64,000 nt of DNA from Calditrichia bacterium. Its GTDB lineage: Bacteria > Calditrichota > Calditrichia > Calditrichales > J004. Positions 9,735-18,328 of the stretch are shown in pieces; the stretch's first letter is position 1; each line of letters starts with the position of its first letter. The translations under genes were made by a program, and so were the position numbers. The stretch covers positions 2,607-66,606 of the forward strand of contig JALTKX010000061.1 of the NCBI GenBank assembly GCA_027006055.1. Direction: 5' to 3'. Under the pieces are notes generated by a model, which saw only the letters and a program-made list of their open reading frames with translations, was not told the DNA's origin and did not search any database.

Positions 9735-10940
9735 ATGAAAAATATCCGCCTGCCCTGGGGCGCCTGGTACGGTGACGAGGAGCGCTCTTTTGAGTTGCCG
9801 GAATCCTGGGATGTATCCCTGTTTGAACTGGATGCGCGACGCCGTGTCGGCGAGCAAAGGATCGCCGAGGTGCTGGAGGCCCTTTCCCGTGATATCCGGG
9901 CTAAAAAGCCCTCAAGCGCCATAATCGTGGTGGACGACCTGACCCGGCCGGTGCAGCTGGAAGAGCTGCTGCCTAAGATTGTATCGCGGCTGACGGCCGC
10001 CGCCGTGGCCGAAAAGGATATCCGGGTACTGATCGGCCTGGGCTCGCACGCGCCCCTCTCCGATGGCGATTTGCGTAAAAAGCTGGGCTCACACATTGTT
10101 GACCGCCTGCAATGCATCAATCACAATCCCCGTGAGACGGAAGCCATTGGCATGGAATGGGGAAAAACGGAGATACGCCTGAATCGCCACTATCTGGCGG
10201 CGGACTACAAAATTGTGATCAGCGGATTAACGCCGCACAGCTTTGCCGGTTTTAGCGGCGGGGCCAAGATGCTGGTGCCCGGCATTGCCGATATGGAAAC
10301 CCTGTCCAAAACCCATAAATCCGTGCTGATGGGTTTTATGGGCAAACTGGGAACGGTGGAACAGAATAAGTTCCGCGATACCATAGAAAGCTTTGTGGAG
10401 CGGGCCGGACTGGATTTCTTTTTCGGTCTGGTTATCAATCCCGATCGTTCCATACGCGAGCTTTACGGCGGCCATTTTGTGGAAGCCCATCGCGCCGCCT
10501 CGGCCGAAGCGGCCCGTTTTTGCACCCTTCAGGCGGAGGGCCCCTACGATCTGGTGATCTCCTCGGCCTATCCCAAGGATACGGAATTGTTACAGGCGGA
10601 AAATGCCATGATTCCCCTTAAATCCAAAAAAGAAGGCCTGCTAAGGGAGGGCGGCACGCTGGTGCTGATGTCCGCCTGCAGTCAGGGCGTTGGCCATCAC
10701 GGTTTGTTTGGCGAAGGGGGCAAACTGTACCGGAAACCGCGTCCCCTGCGTTTGCTTAAGCCCTATAATGTGGCCTTTTATGTGGAGAATGTGGATAAAT
10801 CCGGCTTCGCCACTGTTTTTAATGAAGAGTATTTTTTTACGGATCAATGGTCGTCCCTGCTGCGGCATATAGCGCCGCAACTGCCGCCCTCGCCGCGCGT
10901 GGCCGTTTTTCCCTATGGCAGCATGCAACTGGTAGGATAA
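9735..10940 (+). CDS. LarA-family (nickel-pincer-dependent lactate/2-hydroxyacid racemase-like, DUF2088) protein
   Basis: I chose the ATG at 9735, 1 nt after the ACP stop. The track start at 9684 overlaps the ACP. Motifs 'VVDDLTRP', 'GLGSHAP' and 'GLTPHSFAGFSGGAKMLVPG' match LarA N-terminal/catalytic-region patterns as I recall them. Confidence 0.7.
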   Translation: MKNIRLPWGAWYGDEERSFELPESWDVSLFELDARRRVGEQRIAEVLEALSRDIRAKKPSSAIIVVDDLTRPVQLEELLPKIVSRLTAAAVAEKDIRVLIGLGSHAPLSDGDLRKKLGSHIVDRLQCINHNPRETEAIGMEWGKTEIRLNRHYLAADYKIVISGLTPHSFAGFSGGAKMLVPGIADMETLSKTHKSVLMGFMGKLGTVEQNKFRDTIESFVERAGLDFFFGLVINPDRSIRELYGGHFVEAHRAASAEAARFCTLQAEGPYDLVISSAYPKDTELLQAENAMIPLKSKKEGLLREGGTLVLMSACSQGVGHHGLFGEGGKLYRKPRPLRLLKPYNVAFYVENVDKSGFATVFNEEYFFTDQWSSLLRHIAPQLPPSPRVAVFPYGSMQLVG

Positions 10941-10941
10941 T

Positions 10942-12249
10942 ATGTCACCCACAACCCTGATATTCCTGGTGCTCTATTTTTCCGGCATCGTCCTGACCCT
11001 AAAAAAACCGCACTGGGGCGTGGCTCTGTATATTTTTGAATGGCACAACCATCCCCCCTATATGTGGTGGGGCAAGGACCTGCCTGATCTGCGCTGGTCC
11101 CTGCTGGTGTCCGTGGTAACCCTGATCAGCCTGATCATTAACCATCAGAAGATGAAAAAGCTGAAGGACCCCAGCTATAACCTGATCTGGTGGCTGGTGG
11201 GCATGACCCTGTGGATGTATTTTGTAAGCACCTTTGTGGCCATCGTGCCCAAGGACAGTTACAAAAGGGCCGAAAACTTTATGAAAATGACGGTGCAGAT
11301 ATTTTTGATGATGTATCTGATCCGCGATACAAAACAAATGCACCAGGTACTTTGGACCCTGATACTCAGCGTGGCCAACTTCGGGCGCATCGCTTATCAG
11401 CGGGGAGGAAACCGCTACCTGGGGGTGATTGCCCCCAATGCCACGGAGGAAAACGCCATCAGCGCTCACGTGGCCGCCGTAATGCCTTTTTTCGGGCTCT
11501 ATTTTTTAACGGGAAAACGCTGGGAAAAAATCGTCACCTTCCTCTCCATACCCTTTCTGATCAATTTAATAATTCTGGCCAATTCCCGGGCCTCCTTTCT
11601 GGCGGTACTGGTCATCGGCGTTTTAAGTTTCATCTGGATAAAGGGGCGTCTGCGCTGGTATGTTTTGCTGGGAATCCTTGGCGGCGTGCTGCTTGTTTTT
11701 ATGCTGGCCAACGATCAGTTTTGGGAGCGGCAAAACACGATGAAAAACTATCAGGAGGAAGGCTCCGCCGTTAGCCGCATCTATTTGTGGAACGGCGCCA
11801 TCGAAATGTGGAAGGATCATCCCCTGGGGCTTGGCGGCGAAGGCTTTGAGGAACTGGTGATCGACTATGTGCCCGAGCTGGCGGCCAAAATGCAGGAAGA
11901 CGGCGCTAAAACGGTGCACTCCACCTTCTTTCTGATTCTGGTGGAGTGGGGGCCGATAGGTCTGATCATGTTTTTCGGATTTACCATTCATACCCTGATG
12001 ATACTGGGCCGGGTGCGAAAGCGATCCAAATTTACGCCGGGTTACAGATATTATGTGGACGCCATGGCCATACAGATGGGCGTTATTGCCCTGTTTGTGG
12101 CCGGACTGACACACAACCGCCTGTACGCGGAGGTTTATTACTGGTTTGGGGCGTTTGCCGTGGTTTTACGTAATCTGCAAATTACGGAAATGGCCGAGGA
12201 AAAAGAAGCGCTTGAGGAACTGAGGGATGTGGCGGGGGAAGAGGTTTAA
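10942..12249 (+). CDS. O-antigen ligase/polymerase-like (Wzy-type) integral membrane protein
   Basis: 435 aa with about 10-12 hydrophobic helices. There is a large loop after 'ANSRASFLAVLV', as in Wzy_C-type proteins. Confidence 0.7.
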   Translation: MSPTTLIFLVLYFSGIVLTLKKPHWGVALYIFEWHNHPPYMWWGKDLPDLRWSLLVSVVTLISLIINHQKMKKLKDPSYNLIWWLVGMTLWMYFVSTFVAIVPKDSYKRAENFMKMTVQIFLMMYLIRDTKQMHQVLWTLILSVANFGRIAYQRGGNRYLGVIAPNATEENAISAHVAAVMPFFGLYFLTGKRWEKIVTFLSIPFLINLIILANSRASFLAVLVIGVLSFIWIKGRLRWYVLLGILGGVLLVFMLANDQFWERQNTMKNYQEEGSAVSRIYLWNGAIEMWKDHPLGLGGEGFEELVIDYVPELAAKMQEDGAKTVHSTFFLILVEWGPIGLIMFFGFTIHTLMILGRVRKRSKFTPGYRYYVDAMAIQMGVIALFVAGLTHNRLYAEVYYWFGAFAVVLRNLQITEMAEEKEALEELRDVAGEEV

Positions 12250-12300
12250 TCTTTCCGGCCGCGTTACTTTCAAGGTAAACAGAGAAATTGTAAAGGCACC

Positions 12301-13656
12301 ATGAAAAAAATACTGTTTTTAACGTCCAATTTCCCACCGGGAAGAACGGTGGGTACACAACGCGTAACCAAGATATTGAAATACATGGACGATTCCGAGT
12401 TTGAATTTCATGTACTTACCCTGGAAGAAGCGTTTTACGGCGACCGCTACGATAAAAATAAGCCGCTGGAGCAACGCATTCCGGATTCCGTTAGGGTGTA
12501 TCGTACCCCTTTCCGTGATTTGACCAGTGGCTTTACCTATGTGAAATCGCTTATAAGCGGCAAAAAAAAGCCGCCGGCCGTCAACGGGAAAAAAGAGAAC
12601 GGCGCTAAAAAAATTGTGCCCGCGCCGGAGGTAAAACGCTCCCTGCTTTCCCAACTGGCCCATAAAGGAAGGGATTTCTTTTTTTCCATACTGGAATTTC
12701 CCGATAAATACATCGGCTGGTACAGGGACGCCGTCAGGGAAGGGGTGCGTATTGTCAAGGAACAGAATATAGATATTATACTGACCACGGCCCCGCCGCA
12801 TTCCCTGTTTGTGATGGCCACGCGCATAAAAAAACTAACCGGCGTAAAGCTGGTATTGGACTACCGCGATCCCTGGGCCCTTTCCCGCTGGGATAAGGGC
12901 AGCAGAATAAAAACGGCCAGCGAAAGCTATCTGGAAAAAAAGGCCATTAAAGCCGCCGATGCCGCTCTGTTTGTAACCGATAAACTGCAAAAGGAGTATG
13001 CCCGTCACTACAAACAATACAATCCCGGTAAATTTCACGTTTTTTATAACGGTTATGACGCCGATGATTTTGTGGGCAAGCAACATAAGCCCTCGCCGCC
13101 GCCGTTGCGTTTTATTCATTTGGGAACACTGTATAAAAAACGTAACCCGGAAAAACTGTTTGAAGCGGTAAAAGAACTGAAGGATGAAGGGCTGATCTCC
13201 GCGGATCAGGTACGTTTTGAGTTTATTGGTTACGTGGCCCGGGAATTGAATTTTCTTTTTGAAAAATTAAAAGAATACGGTCTGGAAGACCTTATTGAAT
13301 TTAAAGCCAATATCGACTTTGACAGCAGCCTGACCACCATGTACGAGGCTTCGGTATTGATTATCGTGCAACCCTTTACGGATTTGCAGGTACCGGCCAA
13401 GCTGCTGGAATATATGTATACGGAACGCCCCATCTTGGCCCTGTGCGAACCGGGAAGCGCCACGGCGGAAGTTATAGAAAAGGGCTCGCTGGGCCTGGTG
13501 GCCGCCTCGCAGGATGTGGCGGAGATTCGCAAGGCGGTTCTGACGATGATGGAACATCTCGGAGAACCCCGGTTTCAGCCGGACGTCGATTATATCCGCT
13601 CTTTTAACATGAAAAACTATATCAAAAAACTTGAAAATATATTCCGGAGTCTTTAA
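12301..13656 (+). CDS. GT-B glycosyltransferase (GT4-like)
   Basis: 451 aa. N-terminus 'KILFLTSNFPP'. C-terminal nucleotide-sugar-binding-type region 'PAKLLEYMYTERPILAL'. Confidence 0.7.
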   Translation: MKKILFLTSNFPPGRTVGTQRVTKILKYMDDSEFEFHVLTLEEAFYGDRYDKNKPLEQRIPDSVRVYRTPFRDLTSGFTYVKSLISGKKKPPAVNGKKENGAKKIVPAPEVKRSLLSQLAHKGRDFFFSILEFPDKYIGWYRDAVREGVRIVKEQNIDIILTTAPPHSLFVMATRIKKLTGVKLVLDYRDPWALSRWDKGSRIKTASESYLEKKAIKAADAALFVTDKLQKEYARHYKQYNPGKFHVFYNGYDADDFVGKQHKPSPPPLRFIHLGTLYKKRNPEKLFEAVKELKDEGLISADQVRFEFIGYVARELNFLFEKLKEYGLEDLIEFKANIDFDSSLTTMYEASVLIIVQPFTDLQVPAKLLEYMYTERPILALCEPGSATAEVIEKGSLGLVAASQDVAEIRKAVLTMMEHLGEPRFQPDVDYIRSFNMKNYIKKLENIFRSL

Positions 13657-14789
13657 TGCCTGAGCCCATAAAAGTTGCCCATTTGATCAACCATCTGTCG
13701 CCGGCGGGCAAGGAGATGGGCATTGTAAAGCTCCTGAACCGCATGGACCCCCAAAGATTTAAGGGCTATCTGGTTGTTTTTGATAAGGTATGGGATACCC
13801 TGGCCCTGGATGTGGAAAAATCCGAACTGATTGCCATAAACAAAAAAAAGGGCAACGACCCCATTTTACCCTTTAAAGTGGCAAAAATATTGCGCTCGCG
13901 TAAAATCGATATTTTACATACCCATGCCTGGGGGACGTTGGTGGAGGGTATTTTGGGCGCCAAGCTGGCCCGCACTCCGGTGGTTATCCACGGAGAGCAC
14001 GGCACATTTCATAAAACCGGAAAACGTAAAAAAGTACAAAATCTTTTTTGGCGCTGGGCGGATCATCGCCTGTCGGTTTCCGGGATACTGGCGCGGAATC
14101 TGGAAAAAACGATTGAGCTTCCCGAAAATTCGTTTGATACTATCCTGAACGGGGTCGATACGGAGAAATTCCGTCCCGATGCCGGGGACCGGGAGGCCGT
14201 GCGCGCGGAATTGGGTATTTCCGCCGATACCGTGCTTATCGGAACCGTCGGCCGGACGATTAAGGTAAAAAATCATCCCCTGATGATCGAGGCCGCTCAT
14301 TTTTTAAAAGACAAGGGGCTGCCCTTTAAAATGGTCATCGTGGGCGATTCTCCCTTTTACAGCATCCGCGAGGAGATGGAAGAGAAGATCAAAAAGTACA
14401 GGCTAAGCGATTCCATAGAATTTCTGGGCAATCGCAGCGACGTCTCCCGCGTGATGAATGCCTTTGACATTTTCGTGCTGCCTTCCCTAAGCGAGGGCTG
14501 CTCCAATGTAATTCAGGAGGCCATGGCCACGGGACTGCCGGTAATTGCCACCAATGTGGGGGGCAACCCGGAGTTGGTAACCAACAACAAAACGGGATTT
14601 TTATTTACCTCGGAGGACGCCGCCGATTTTGCCGATAAAATGGAAAGGCTGCTTTTGGACGCTGAACTGCGCCGGCAGTTCGGCCGGGCTTCCAGACAGG
14701 ATGCGCTGCAACGCTTTTCCCTTAATGTTATGGTTAAAGCCTATGAGGATTATTATTTAAGGGCACTGGCGGAGAAAAATGGCCGATAA
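13656..14789 (+). CDS. Family-4 glycosyltransferase
   Basis: 377 aa. 'PSLSEGCSNVIQEAMATGLPVIATNVGGNPELV' is the classic GT4 EX7E region. The start overlaps the upstream stop. Confidence 0.85.
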   Translation: MPEPIKVAHLINHLSPAGKEMGIVKLLNRMDPQRFKGYLVVFDKVWDTLALDVEKSELIAINKKKGNDPILPFKVAKILRSRKIDILHTHAWGTLVEGILGAKLARTPVVIHGEHGTFHKTGKRKKVQNLFWRWADHRLSVSGILARNLEKTIELPENSFDTILNGVDTEKFRPDAGDREAVRAELGISADTVLIGTVGRTIKVKNHPLMIEAAHFLKDKGLPFKMVIVGDSPFYSIREEMEEKIKKYRLSDSIEFLGNRSDVSRVMNAFDIFVLPSLSEGCSNVIQEAMATGLPVIATNVGGNPELVTNNKTGFLFTSEDAADFADKMERLLLDAELRRQFGRASRQDALQRFSLNVMVKAYEDYYLRALAEKNGR

Positions 14790-16272
14790 AGAACAAAGCC
14801 TTACGGCTACCGCCCGGCAGGGGGTAATATGGACCATTCTGCGCTCCCTCAGCAGTCAGGGCGCCCGTTTTCTGGCCTCGATTGTACTGGCCCGTATTCT
14901 GTTCCCGGAAGATTTTGGGATTATGGGCATCGTGTTGATCGTAACCCGCTTTGCCACCCGTTTGGGCAGTTTCGGCTTTACCCAGGTGCTGGTGCAAAAA
15001 AAGCTGATAGACGAAAGCCATATCCGCACCACTTTTACCGTAAACCTGATTATCGCCTCGTTGACGACAACCGTGCTCTATCTGTTCGCTCCACATATTG
15101 CCGCGTTCATAATCAGCGAAAACGACATGCAGCGGCTGCCCCTGGTGGTCAATGTTCTGCGGGTGCTTTCGGTTAACTTTATTCTGATTGCCTTTTACAC
15201 CGTACCCAACTCCCTGTTGAAAAGAAAGCTGAAATTCAAGCAGGAATCGATCATCGGTATTTTTGCCGGCGTAACAAAATTCCTTTCACCCATTGTGTTT
15301 GCCCTGCTGGGCTTTGGGGTATGGAGTCTGGTGTTTGGGGCCATCCTCGGTGAATTGATGTATGTGGTCGCCTTTTATCTTTCCACAAAGTGGGTGCCGC
15401 GCTTCGGCATGAACCGCCAGGCCTTGCGCCACATTTTTTCCTTTGGCATGTGGATGAATTTTTACAGCTATATACAATATTTTTATAAAAATATCGACTA
15501 CTTTTTAATCAGTAAATTTTTAGGTTTGGGTTTGCTGGGCAACTATGAGCGGGCCTATAACCTGATGAACACCCCGCGCAAGCGGGTGGGCGATATGATT
15601 AACGGCATCCTGTTTGCCAGCTACTCTAAAATACAGGATGAAGACGAGCGCATGAATAATGCCATGCGCAAGGTGATGGGCACGGTGGCCCTGATCATCT
15701 TCCCGGCCATGACCTGGTTGTATTTCGCCGCGCCCTCGCTGATCCCCCTGGTTTACGGCAATAAATGGGGACTGGTGGTGGAACCCCTGCAAATCATGTC
15801 CATCAGCGGTCTTATCGAGTCGGTTACCATGGTTTTTTATCCCGCCTTTATCGCCAAGGGGTTGGTTAAAAACCGCACGCGCGTGCATTTTATCGTTTTT
15901 CTTTTTCTGGGCTCCGCCTTATACTTTACCGCGCAGATCAGCATTGTTATGGTGGCCTGGACGATAGTGGGCGCTTCCACGCTGGGCTTTTTGCTCAACT
16001 CGGCGGAATATATCCGCAACACCGGCTGGCGCTGGCGCGATACCTTTGCCAGCATACGCCCGGCGGCCATTATCATGGCCCTGATGATTCCGGCTCTTTA
16101 CGGCGTGCAATATGTCGCGGGTATGTGGTTTGCCAACGATTCGCTGCCCATGTTCATCTTTTTGTGTAGCGGCGCTGCCCTTGTTTTTTTCGGAAGTAAT
16201 TTTTTGTTCAGCTTTGCCGAAGTAAAGGAAATACTCGCCCTGGCCAGGGGCAAAAAGCCTAAAAAAGCATAA
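14779..16272 (+). CDS. MOP-superfamily polysaccharide flippase (Wzx), copy 1
   Basis: 497 aa and polytopic. N-terminus 'GVIWTILRSLSSQGARFLASIVLARILFPEDFG' is typical of Wzx/PST proteins. Confidence 0.8.
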   Translation: MADKEQSLTATARQGVIWTILRSLSSQGARFLASIVLARILFPEDFGIMGIVLIVTRFATRLGSFGFTQVLVQKKLIDESHIRTTFTVNLIIASLTTTVLYLFAPHIAAFIISENDMQRLPLVVNVLRVLSVNFILIAFYTVPNSLLKRKLKFKQESIIGIFAGVTKFLSPIVFALLGFGVWSLVFGAILGELMYVVAFYLSTKWVPRFGMNRQALRHIFSFGMWMNFYSYIQYFYKNIDYFLISKFLGLGLLGNYERAYNLMNTPRKRVGDMINGILFASYSKIQDEDERMNNAMRKVMGTVALIIFPAMTWLYFAAPSLIPLVYGNKWGLVVEPLQIMSISGLIESVTMVFYPAFIAKGLVKNRTRVHFIVFLFLGSALYFTAQISIVMVAWTIVGASTLGFLLNSAEYIRNTGWRWRDTFASIRPAAIIMALMIPALYGVQYVAGMWFANDSLPMFIFLCSGAALVFFGSNFLFSFAEVKEILALARGKKPKKA

Positions 16273-16281
16273 GGATGTGCT

Positions 16282-17304
16282 ATGAGGAACAGATTTAAAC
16301 ATTTCTTGTTCAGCGGGCTGGAAATAGGGCAGGTTAATGCCCTTTCCCGGCGGACACGAAAACGATCGCTGCTGATTATCACCTACCACTCGGTTTTACC
16401 CTATTCCGAAAAGTTTAATAACTTTGATTACCGGAATTGTGTGACAAGCGAAAATTTCAGGGAACAGCTGAAATTCCTTAAAAAAAAGTACAATGTCGTC
16501 ACCATGAAGGAAGCCGAAGAACGGCTTAGGGCCGACAGGCTGAGCGGCTACGAGTGCGTGATCACCTTTGATGACGGTTTTCGCAACAATCACGCCCATG
16601 CCATGCCCTTGCTGGTGGAGGCCGGGCTTAGCGCGGTTTTTTATATTTCCACGGCCTTTATCGGCCGGCGGGAGATGCTTTGGACCGAGAAGGTCAACGC
16701 CATCCTGCTTAATGCCGATGTGCCCTCGGTAACCATCCATCTCGGCGGCGAGTACAAACTGCCCCTCGGCAACCGGCTGGAACGGGAGAACGCCTCGGTT
16801 AAGGTACGCACCATTCTGAAATATAAGCCCTGGCAGGTGCAGGAAAACGTGGTGCGTGAACTGATGGAGGAAACCGGCTATGAGCCGCGCATGGTCGACG
16901 CCGACCCGGAACGCTACGCCTTTATGAACTGGGACGAAGTCCGTGAAATGGCTTCCGCCGGCATGGAAATCGGTTCCCATACCCACAACCATTATTTGCT
17001 GAATATGCTCTCCGAGGAGGAATCCTATCGCGAACTGAAGGTCTCGCGGGAACGGATAGAGAAGGAACTGGGAACCTCCTGCACCCTTTTCAGCTATCCC
17101 AACGGAGCGGAAGGCAATTTTTTGCCGGTTCATTTCAGGCAGCTTGAAGAATTGGGGTATAGTAGCGCGGTTACGCAAATACCGGGCGTTAATCATCCCG
17201 GTGATAACATTTACGCCTTAAACCGCACCAACATTTCTGCCCGCATGGATATGGCCGTTTTTAAGTCCTATCTGGCCGGAACACAAAAACTACTTACATT
17301 TTAG
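16282..17304 (+). CDS. Polysaccharide deacetylase (CE4-like)
   Basis: 340 aa. 'ITFDDGFRNN' and 'GSHTHNH' are metal/catalytic motifs of the NodB fold. Confidence 0.75.
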   Translation: MRNRFKHFLFSGLEIGQVNALSRRTRKRSLLIITYHSVLPYSEKFNNFDYRNCVTSENFREQLKFLKKKYNVVTMKEAEERLRADRLSGYECVITFDDGFRNNHAHAMPLLVEAGLSAVFYISTAFIGRREMLWTEKVNAILLNADVPSVTIHLGGEYKLPLGNRLERENASVKVRTILKYKPWQVQENVVRELMEETGYEPRMVDADPERYAFMNWDEVREMASAGMEIGSHTHNHYLLNMLSEEESYRELKVSRERIEKELGTSCTLFSYPNGAEGNFLPVHFRQLEELGYSSAVTQIPGVNHPGDNIYALNRTNISARMDMAVFKSYLAGTQKLLTF

Positions 17305-17312
17305 CAGCATAT

Positions 17313-18326
17313 ATGAACAGCTTTCCCTTTGTCCCCGAGGAAATTATCAAGGACTATGCCGCGCTGGGAAAACGCGAGGCGGTTGAGATAAAAGTACTGA
17401 AAGTTCTTAAGCGTCCGCTTTCGGTGGTGGCGCGCATACATATTGTATTCAGGGATGACCGTCAGGAAACGGTTTATTTAAAATACTACCGCCCCCTGCC
17501 GGATAAGGATATGTCCGAAGTGGTACAGCGTGACTATGACACCTCGCTTTTTTGGTGGGAACGCTTTAAGCAAAGTGAAAAATACAATGTAATCGAACCG
17601 CTTTTTGTGGATGTGGAAAAACATGTAATGCTGACCCGAGAGAGCAGGGGCCATGATATACAGACCTATCTGAATAAAAGCGGTCATCTGTTCGGCAGCT
17701 TCGATGACAGGGATCAAATTATGGAGATGATGCGCCTTTGCGGAGGATGGTTGCGCTATTTTCAGCAAATACCGTTGGAGGGCGATGATAAGGCCGCGGT
17801 TTCGCTGGACTATCTTCTGGAATATATCAAGGTGCGCATGGATCGCATCGTGGAGAAAACCAACATAGGTTTTGACAGGGCCTTGCAGGAAAAGGTGAAC
17901 GACTATCTGAAAAGGCAATGGGCGCGCATGGAGGACGGGGAAAACAAAGTAAGCTATTTGCATTCCGATTTTTCGTTGTCCAATGTTCTTTTTGACGAGC
18001 AGGGTGTTACCGTGCTGGATTTTACCAAAAAGGAAACGGGATCGGTTTATAAGGACTTAACGCGCTTTTTTCATCAGTTGATACTCCTTTCCTACAAGCC
18101 CAATTTTAAAAAGGAATTTATCAATGATATGCAGCGCCATTTTCTTGAAGGGTATGGCGATCCCCTGGTTTATGAAAAACCCATGTTCCGCATATTTTTA
18201 ATGATCCATGTTATCAATCATTTGGGTAAAAGCGCCCGTTTTTGGGAGCAGTCGGCCAAGGGCAGGCTTTATAATCGCTGGGTTGTTTACAATGTTATGA
18301 AACGGATAAAAAAGGTGGTGGCATAG
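17313..18326 (+). CDS. Aminoglycoside-phosphotransferase-like (protein-kinase-fold) small-molecule kinase
   Basis: 337 aa. Catalytic-loop-type 'HSDFSLSNVLF' followed by 'VLDF'. Confidence 0.55.
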   Translation: MNSFPFVPEEIIKDYAALGKREAVEIKVLKVLKRPLSVVARIHIVFRDDRQETVYLKYYRPLPDKDMSEVVQRDYDTSLFWWERFKQSEKYNVIEPLFVDVEKHVMLTRESRGHDIQTYLNKSGHLFGSFDDRDQIMEMMRLCGGWLRYFQQIPLEGDDKAAVSLDYLLEYIKVRMDRIVEKTNIGFDRALQEKVNDYLKRQWARMEDGENKVSYLHSDFSLSNVLFDEQGVTVLDFTKKETGSVYKDLTRFFHQLILLSYKPNFKKEFINDMQRHFLEGYGDPLVYEKPMFRIFLMIHVINHLGKSARFWEQSAKGRLYNRWVVYNVMKRIKKVVA

Positions 18327-18328
18327 CC

